A stretch of DNA of 64,000 bases. It comes from Deltaproteobacteria bacterium (GTDB lineage Bacteria > Desulfobacterota > SM23-61). This document shows, in pieces, positions 58,537 to 64,000 of this stretch. The position numbers and the translations under genes were made by a program. The stretch covers positions 399 through 64,398 of the forward strand of contig VGSF01000018.1 in assembly GCA_016875165.1 (NCBI GenBank). The letters are read 5' to 3'. Below the pieces are notes generated by a model. The model worked only from the letters and a program-made list of their open reading frames with translations. It made no database searches and had not been told where the DNA came from. Within the stretch, counting starts at the first letter, position 1. Every line of letters starts with the position of its first letter.

Positions 58537-59694
58537 ATGAAACATCCAATGTTTTCCGAAGAGCACGAGTTATTCAGGGATTCGGTGCGCAAGTTCGTGG
58601 AAAAAGAGTTAGCCCCTCATGCTGAGGAATGGGAAGAGGCCGAGGACTTTCCTAACAGTATTTTTACCCGCATGGGCGAGCTGGGCTATTTGGGCCTGCG
58701 TTATCCGGAAAAGTACGGGGGCCAGAATGGCGACTTCCTTTTTTCGGTCGTCCTGGCCGAGGAGCTCGGCCGCTGCGGCATGGGTTCCATCGGCATGGCT
58801 GTGGCTGTGCAGAGCGAGATGGCCACCCCGCCCATCTTCAAGTTAGGAACCGAAGAACAGAAGATGAAATATCTCCTTCCGGCCAACCAGGGGAAAAAGA
58901 TTGCCTGCCTGGGCATCACTGAACCCAACGCCGGTTCAGACGTGGCCGCCATTCAGACCACGGCCAGGAGAGACGGCGACCATTGGGTCATCAACGGCCG
59001 GAAGATATTCATCACCAACGGCGCCCGGGCCGATTTCATTACTCTCATCGCCCGAACCGGCGAAAAAAAAGGATACCGGGGATTTTCTCTGTTCCTGGTG
59101 GATAAAGGGATGCCCGGCTTTACCTTGACGCGCAAGCTGAATAAGGTGGGCATGCGCTCTTCCGACACGGCGGAGTTTCTCTTTGAGGACTGCCGGGTGC
59201 CGGCGGACGCTCTCCTGGGGGAAGAAGGCAAAGGGTTTTACCATATCATGTGGGAATTGCAGGGAGAACGAATCATGGCCGCGGCCAATGCCGTGGCCAG
59301 GGCCCAGATGGCCTTTGAACTGGCCCGCAAATATTCTAAGGAAAGGGCTCAATTCGGAAAACCCCTGGCTCATTTCCAGGTGACCCGCCATCGACTGGCG
59401 GACATGGCTACGGAGATCGAAGCGGCCCGGCATCTTACTTATTACTGTGCCTGGCTTTTTCAGAACGGGGAGTACCCGGTCAAGGAAATCTCCATGGCCA
59501 AACTCTTTGCGGCGCAGATGGGTAACAGGGTGGCTGACGCCGCTCTGCAGATCTACGGAGGCTATGGCTATATGATGGAGTATCCGATTCAGCGTTACTG
59601 GCGGGATATCCGCTTAAGCCGGATCGGCGGCGGTACGGATGAAATCATGAAAGAAGTCATCGCCAATGAGCTCTTAGGGAGGATCAAGGAATAA
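58537..59694 (+). CDS. Acyl-CoA dehydrogenase
   Basis: ..GITEPNAGSDVAA.. and ..RIGGGTDEIMKEVIA.. Confidence 0.88.
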   Translation: MKHPMFSEEHELFRDSVRKFVEKELAPHAEEWEEAEDFPNSIFTRMGELGYLGLRYPEKYGGQNGDFLFSVVLAEELGRCGMGSIGMAVAVQSEMATPPIFKLGTEEQKMKYLLPANQGKKIACLGITEPNAGSDVAAIQTTARRDGDHWVINGRKIFITNGARADFITLIARTGEKKGYRGFSLFLVDKGMPGFTLTRKLNKVGMRSSDTAEFLFEDCRVPADALLGEEGKGFYHIMWELQGERIMAAANAVARAQMAFELARKYSKERAQFGKPLAHFQVTRHRLADMATEIEAARHLTYYCAWLFQNGEYPVKEISMAKLFAAQMGNRVADAALQIYGGYGYMMEYPIQRYWRDIRLSRIGGGTDEIMKEVIANELLGRIKE

Positions 59695-59719
59695 ACTTTC
59701 CTTATTCAGCTTTTCAACT

Positions 59720-59901
59720 TTGATGAACTCGTAAAAAGTCTGAAAATGCCCTTTTCCGTCATTCCGGCCCCGATTTTCATCGGGATAAACTCCAGCCGGA
59801 ATCCAGTATTTTCAAATACTTATAAATACCCTGAACTCCGGTTTTCACCTGTCTGCCAGGCACAGGCAGGCCGGCGTGACGACTTTTTACGAGATCATCA
59901 A
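59720..59901. mobile_element. MITE family B copy
   Basis: TTGATGAACTCGTAAAAAGTC ... GACTTTTTACGAGATCATCAA flanked by CT/CT. Confidence 0.65.
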
Positions 59902-60013
59902 CTTTATTCCGCCTCAGGCGGATCACTTTAGACACTTGACACTTATTGTATAGGAAATTCCTTTTTTAACTTTAGGCACTTAACTTGAAATTTGTACTTT
60001 GTATTGGAAGGCA

Positions 60014-61045
60014 TCAGCTCCTGGCTTTATCCATTTTATAAATCTGGTAATATTTGGCAAACGGTTCGGTGACCTTGCGGGCATAGGAATAAGGGTCTTT
60101 CTTCCGGGCCACGACCTGTTCGATTACCTCGTCAAAGGTTATGTCGTATTTGAGCATTTTATGAATGTATTTGGAGATCTCTTCTTCGATCAAGTTGATA
60201 ATCTCCTCGCGGGCCCGCAGGTTGCGTTTGCTCAAAAGACCATTTCCCTCCTTTAGAAATTTCCGGTGTTCAAAAATTTTCTCGCTCAGATCGGAGATCC
60301 CCTCCCCCATGGTGGCTATGGTCTTGAGGACAGGAGGCTTCCAGGGACCCGCCGCCTGGTTTAAGCCAAGCATCAGATTCAGTTCCATGGCCAGGCGGTC
60401 CGCTCCTTCCCGGTCGGCCTTGTTGACCACGAAAATATCCCCGATCTCCATGATCCCGGCTTTCAGGGCCTGGATTTCATCCCCCAGCCCGGGAACGGAA
60501 ATAAGCAGGGTGGTGTCGGCGGTCCTGACAATGTCCACTTCATCCTGCCCAACTCCCACGGTTTCGATGAGGATAAAATCTTTCCCGCAGGCATCGAGTA
60601 TTTTAATAGTATCGGCGGTGGCTTTGGATAAACCTCCAAGCATTCCGCGCGTAGCCATGGAGCGGACGAAAACCCCTTCATCACTGGCGATATCCTGCAT
60701 GCGCAACCGGTCCCCTAAAAGAGCCCCGCCGGTGAAGGGGCTGGTGGGGTCAACGGCAACGATTCCCACAGTAAATTTTTTTTTCCGCAGCTCCTTGGTA
60801 ATTTTATCGGTCAAAGTGCTCTTGCCCGAGCCCGGCGGGCCGGTAATTCCGACTACATAAGCCTGGCCGGTTCTGGGGTATAGTTGCTGTAAGGCTTCTA
60901 CGGCGCCGGGCATCTCGTTTTCCACCATGGTGATCAACTTGGCCAGGGCCCGGACAGAGCCGGCAAGGGCTTCGCTCACTAAATCGGCGGCGTTCATCAT
61001 CTTCGCTCTTCTTGCCTCAGGGCATCCCTTTTTCTTCGAGGACAA
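60014..61045 (-). CDS. meaB: Methylmalonyl-CoA mutase-associated GTPase (MeaB/ArgK)
   Basis: GITGPPGSGKSTL P-loop, ..ETVGVGQ.. and ..VVNKAD.. The true start may be the MMNAAD.. ATG near 61000. Confidence 0.85.
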   Translation of the reverse strand: MSSKKKGCPEARRAKMMNAADLVSEALAGSVRALAKLITMVENEMPGAVEALQQLYPRTGQAYVVGITGPPGSGKSTLTDKITKELRKKKFTVGIVAVDPTSPFTGGALLGDRLRMQDIASDEGVFVRSMATRGMLGGLSKATADTIKILDACGKDFILIETVGVGQDEVDIVRTADTTLLISVPGLGDEIQALKAGIMEIGDIFVVNKADREGADRLAMELNLMLGLNQAAGPWKPPVLKTIATMGEGISDLSEKIFEHRKFLKEGNGLLSKRNLRAREEIINLIEEEISKYIHKMLKYDITFDEVIEQVVARKKDPYSYARKVTEPFAKYYQIYKMDKARS

Positions 61046-61703
61046 CCAAAGCGTCGACGGCTATGGGCTTGTCGCCGAAAATAATCAACGGGTTCACATC
61101 CACTTCTTTTACGGCATCGAGTTCTAAGCCCAGTTTGCCGGCATTAATCAGCAGTGTAACCAGCAGATCCATGTCCACGGGGGGCATACCCCGAAATGAG
61201 TTAAGTACAGGAGCCCCTTTAATCTCCCTGGCCATCTCTACGGCATCCCGTTTCTCCAGAGGGGCGATGCGGAAGGAGACGTCTTTGAGGACTTCCGTGA
61301 AAATACCCCCCAATCCAAACATCACGCACGGGCCAAACTGGGCATCCCGGATCATGCCGATAACCAGTTCACGGGAACCCTTGACCATTTCCTGAACCAG
61401 TATCCCGTCCAAGGGAACACTGCCCGCCCGCTCTACAATTGCTTCGTAGGCCCTTTCCACTTCCTTTATACTGCGCCTATCTACTTCGATCAGCTTCTTT
61501 TCGGTCTTGTGGGCGATCTCCGGAGAACAGCCTTTGAGAACCACCGGCAACCCAATCTCCTTTGCGGCTTTCACGGCCGCGGATCGACTGTTAACCAATT
61601 TTTCCCGAACCACCGGGAAACCATATGCGCTGAGCAAACGCTTGGAATCGTACTCCGATAATGCTTTCTGCCCTTTTTTCAACGCTTCTTGAATTATGTC
61701 CAT
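61017..61703 (-). CDS. ATP-grasp domain protein (ADP-forming acyl-CoA synthetase beta-like)
   Basis: MDIIQEALKKGQKALSEYDSKRLLSAYGFPV.. The track start at 61787 would run into a repeat element beginning about 61735. Confidence 0.65.
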   Translation of the reverse strand: MDIIQEALKKGQKALSEYDSKRLLSAYGFPVVREKLVNSRSAAVKAAKEIGLPVVLKGCSPEIAHKTEKKLIEVDRRSIKEVERAYEAIVERAGSVPLDGILVQEMVKGSRELVIGMIRDAQFGPCVMFGLGGIFTEVLKDVSFRIAPLEKRDAVEMAREIKGAPVLNSFRGMPPVDMDLLVTLLINAGKLGLELDAVKEVDVNPLIIFGDKPIAVDALVVLEEKGMP

Positions 61704-61858
61704 TCCTACCTCCACATGGCCATCAGTGCCTAGGTTTTTTCCGCGACCTTGCGCGTAAAAAGTGGCCCGCCTCAAGCGGGCAGCCAAAGTGCTTCAAATC
61801 CCCCCTAACCCCCCTTTTTTAAAGGGGGGATGGGGGAGATTTTCTAGTGCCAAGAAGT

Positions 61859-62014
61859 TTGATGATCTCGTAAAAAGTCGCGAAAGGGTCATTGCGAGCG
61901 AAAGCGAAGCAATCTCGTTTTTATAAGTGCCCGAAAAGACAAGATTGCTTCGTCGTCCCGCCAATGCAGAACTCCTCGCAATGACAGGAACAGGACTTTT
62001 TACGAATCCATCAA
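61859..62014. mobile_element. MITE family B copy inserted in a composite repeat
   Basis: TTGATGATCTCGTAAAAAGTC ... GACTTTTTACGAATCCATCAA flanked by GT/GT. The paralogous composite repeat at 47728-47900 lacks the insertion. Confidence 0.7.
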
Positions 62015-62179
62015 GTTTCCTTCTTACAAACATGTTTGTATTAATGAGGCGCTAAGCGCCTAAAAATATCTAACTCCATCCAGTTTCTAACAACCTTCCG
62101 GTGATTTGTCAAGAAATTCATCTGCTCCACCAGAATAAATATGGACAGGATTATGATCCCAGGGTTTGTTTTGATTGGG

Positions 62180-62581
62180 TTAGCTCTTCGGGTTTGCCCC
62201 TTTTTTCTCCAGGAATTCTTCATATTCTGCTGAGCTCAGCAAGTTTTCCAGCTCTTCGGGGTCGTCGATTTCCAAAACCGCCAGCCAGCCTTTTCCGTAG
62301 GGATCGTCATTGACCAAAGAAGGCTCTTCTTCCAAATCCTTATTGACCGAAACGACTTCTCCGCCCACCGGGCTGAAAAGTTCCGCTATCGTCTTCGAGG
62401 ATTCCAGGGTACCGAATACGTCTCCCTGTTCAACCTGGAAACCTTCATCCGGAAGTTCCACGAAGAGAATCTCTCCCATTTCCTGTTGGGCAAAATCGGT
62501 AGCCCCGATGGTTCCTCGACTTCCTGAAACTCTTACCCAGGTATGGTCTTGGGTGTAATAGAGGTCTTTTGGATATTCCAT
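62180..62581 (-). CDS. gcvH: Glycine cleavage system H protein
   Basis: ..YTQDHTWV.. and the lipoyl-Lys region ..TLESSKTIAELFSPV.. Confidence 0.88.
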   Translation of the reverse strand: MEYPKDLYYTQDHTWVRVSGSRGTIGATDFAQQEMGEILFVELPDEGFQVEQGDVFGTLESSKTIAELFSPVGGEVVSVNKDLEEEPSLVNDDPYGKGWLAVLEIDDPEELENLLSSAEYEEFLEKKGANPKS

Positions 62582-62640
62582 ATTCGTCCTCCTTTCTTAC
62601 CCTTCCTTTAATTCTGCCTGCCGTCTAAAGAACAAAAAAG

Positions 62641-62888
62641 GATGGTTTCGTAAAAAGCCCATCTGCGGCGTTGCGGTTCACCCCCGCCCTGTTAGATCAA
62701 AAACTCCGCATTGAAAGTATAGGGCGTGGATTTAACTTCCAAGAGGAAGATTCATCTTGGGGTTTATCTAACAGGGTGAATCGTTGCAGCGTACCTGCAA
62801 GTACGCTTCACTCCTCAGGTTTTGCACGCCTTGCATCTGGAGCTTTTTACGAAACCATAGTCCTGATGCCTTTTTACGAGATCATCAA
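62641..62888. mobile_element. MITE family B copy with two right ends
   Basis: GATGGTTTCGTAAAAAG ... GCTTTTTACGAAACCAT then CCTTTTTACGAGATCATCAA. The core is homologous to 53781-53937 with an extra insert. Confidence 0.55.
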
Positions 62889-62899
62889 AAAAGAATCGG

Positions 62900-63460
62900 C
62901 TATTTAACGCGGGTGATGTATTCCCGCGTGCGCGTGTCAATACGCAAGACATCCCCTTCTTCCACAAAGAGCGGGACCTGCACCACTGCGCCGGATTCCA
63001 GGGTAGCGGGTTTGGTCGCTCCGGTGGCCGTGTCCCCGCGGATTCCCGGGTCAGACTTGATAACTTTTAATTCCACAAACATGGGCACTTCAATGTCGAT
63101 GGGGCGTTTGTTATAGAAAAGAGCTTTGATCAAGATATTTTCTTTCAAAAAATCCTTACGATCCCCCAACTGATCTGGAGTCAGAAAAAGTTGATCGAAG
63201 GACTGGGTGTCCATAAAGTGGAACTCTCCTCCGGCTTCGTAAAGGAATTGCATTTCCCGCTCTTCCAGGTCGGGTTTATCCACCCGGTCCCCGGAGCGGA
63301 AAGTCTGGTCGATGACATTGCCGGTAATCAGGCTTTTCAGGCGAGTGCGCACGAAAGCCCCGCCTTTTCCCGGTTTGACGTGCTGGAAATCCACCATGAT
63401 AAATGGTTCTCCGGCGATTTCAATTTTCAGGCCTTTGCGGAATTCTGACGTTGAATACAC
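62900..63460 (-). CDS. efp: Elongation factor P
   Basis: MYSTSEFRKGLKIEIAGEPFIMVDFQHVKPGKGGAFVRTRLK.. Confidence 0.92.
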   Translation of the reverse strand: MYSTSEFRKGLKIEIAGEPFIMVDFQHVKPGKGGAFVRTRLKSLITGNVIDQTFRSGDRVDKPDLEEREMQFLYEAGGEFHFMDTQSFDQLFLTPDQLGDRKDFLKENILIKALFYNKRPIDIEVPMFVELKVIKSDPGIRGDTATGATKPATLESGAVVQVPLFVEEGDVLRIDTRTREYITRVK

Positions 63461-63681
63461 AATAAATACTCCTTAAATGATTTTCACCGCGAAGATCGCC
63501 GAGTCCGCGGAGATAAAAGAATTTAGCCAGAGAGGGCACAGTGCGGCATAGCCGCAACCAAAAGCTTATGGCCAATAGCTAATGGCTTAAGGTACTTAAA
63601 GACTTATTTGCTTAATAAAATTTCAAGAAATTGAACGTTAGTAGTACAGAGATCACAGAGTTCTAGAAACTAAAAAAATAG

Positions 63682-63949
63682 TGTCAGTTTAGAATTTTGA
63701 AAAAACCGCGGCAACGCATCTGTTTGGGTTCGGGGGCCAGGCCGGAACGCGCCGGAAGCATCGGTTGGGGTTCCCCTTGTCATCCGAGGATGAAAGCTTG
63801 TTTCCTCCGAAGGAGGCGGGAGTATTTTCCCCGCCCCATATGCGGAGATATAAGCGCCTTATGATTCCAAGCGTTCCGCTCTGACCCCCGGCCCCTGGAA
63901 CCCCTTGGCCTTTACAACACACCTTTTTTCAAAGAGCTAAAGTGTTACG
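63682..63949 (+). mobile_element. MITE family A, copy A7
   Basis: Family A core and right TIR. The left TIR is slightly shortened and no clear target duplication is visible. Confidence 0.6.
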
Positions 63950-64000
63950 AAAAAAGGAATTTCCTATACAATAAATTTAGCGAACCAGGATGTTTTCTTC

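Overview
This 64-kb window appears to come from an uncultivated, moderately GC-rich, probably anaerobic bacterium; the lineage cannot be fixed from sequence alone.

Backbone genes: pncB, adk, efp, dtd, gcvH, two M23 peptidases, a LarA-like gene, an acyl-CoA dehydrogenase / AbfD-like / acyl-CoA ligase cluster, meaB, and an MgtE-sensor-domain protein next to an NRAMP-related transporter.

Accessory core: a complete type I-B CRISPR-Cas locus on the minus strand (cas8b-cas7-cas5-cas3-cas6 ... cas1-cas2-cas4, leader, then 12 identical 37-nt repeats at 28705-29545).

Most unusual observation: five two-gene toxin-antitoxin-like cassettes sit in or beside the cas operon, and they have structured boundaries.
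- Three cassettes lie between cas6 and cas1. A duplicated copy of the cas6 3' end marks each boundary between them, and two of the three junctions carry a GTGAWCA heptamer tract.
- Two more lie upstream of cas8b as tandem H-cargo-D units. Their flanks (about 100-180 nt) are conserved, and one flank holds the start of a RAMP/Cas6-like ORF.

Other mobile or repeated DNA:
- a decayed recombinase-in-trio (RIT) element;
- a Y1/RAYT-like transposase flanked by inverted REP-like 30-mers, plus a second copy with the HUH region deleted;
- 8 copies of a roughly 270-nt MITE with terminal inverted repeats (TIRs), 6-bp target-site duplications (TSDs) and a GC-rich structured core, one of which lacks TIRs and has its own terminator inside the acyl-CoA cluster;
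- at least 7 copies of a second MITE family with 2-bp duplications;
- several short palindromic repeat families.

Many genes are frameshifted or truncated. No rRNA or tRNA was recognised. All homology calls come from motif recognition by eye; no searches or alignment programs were run.
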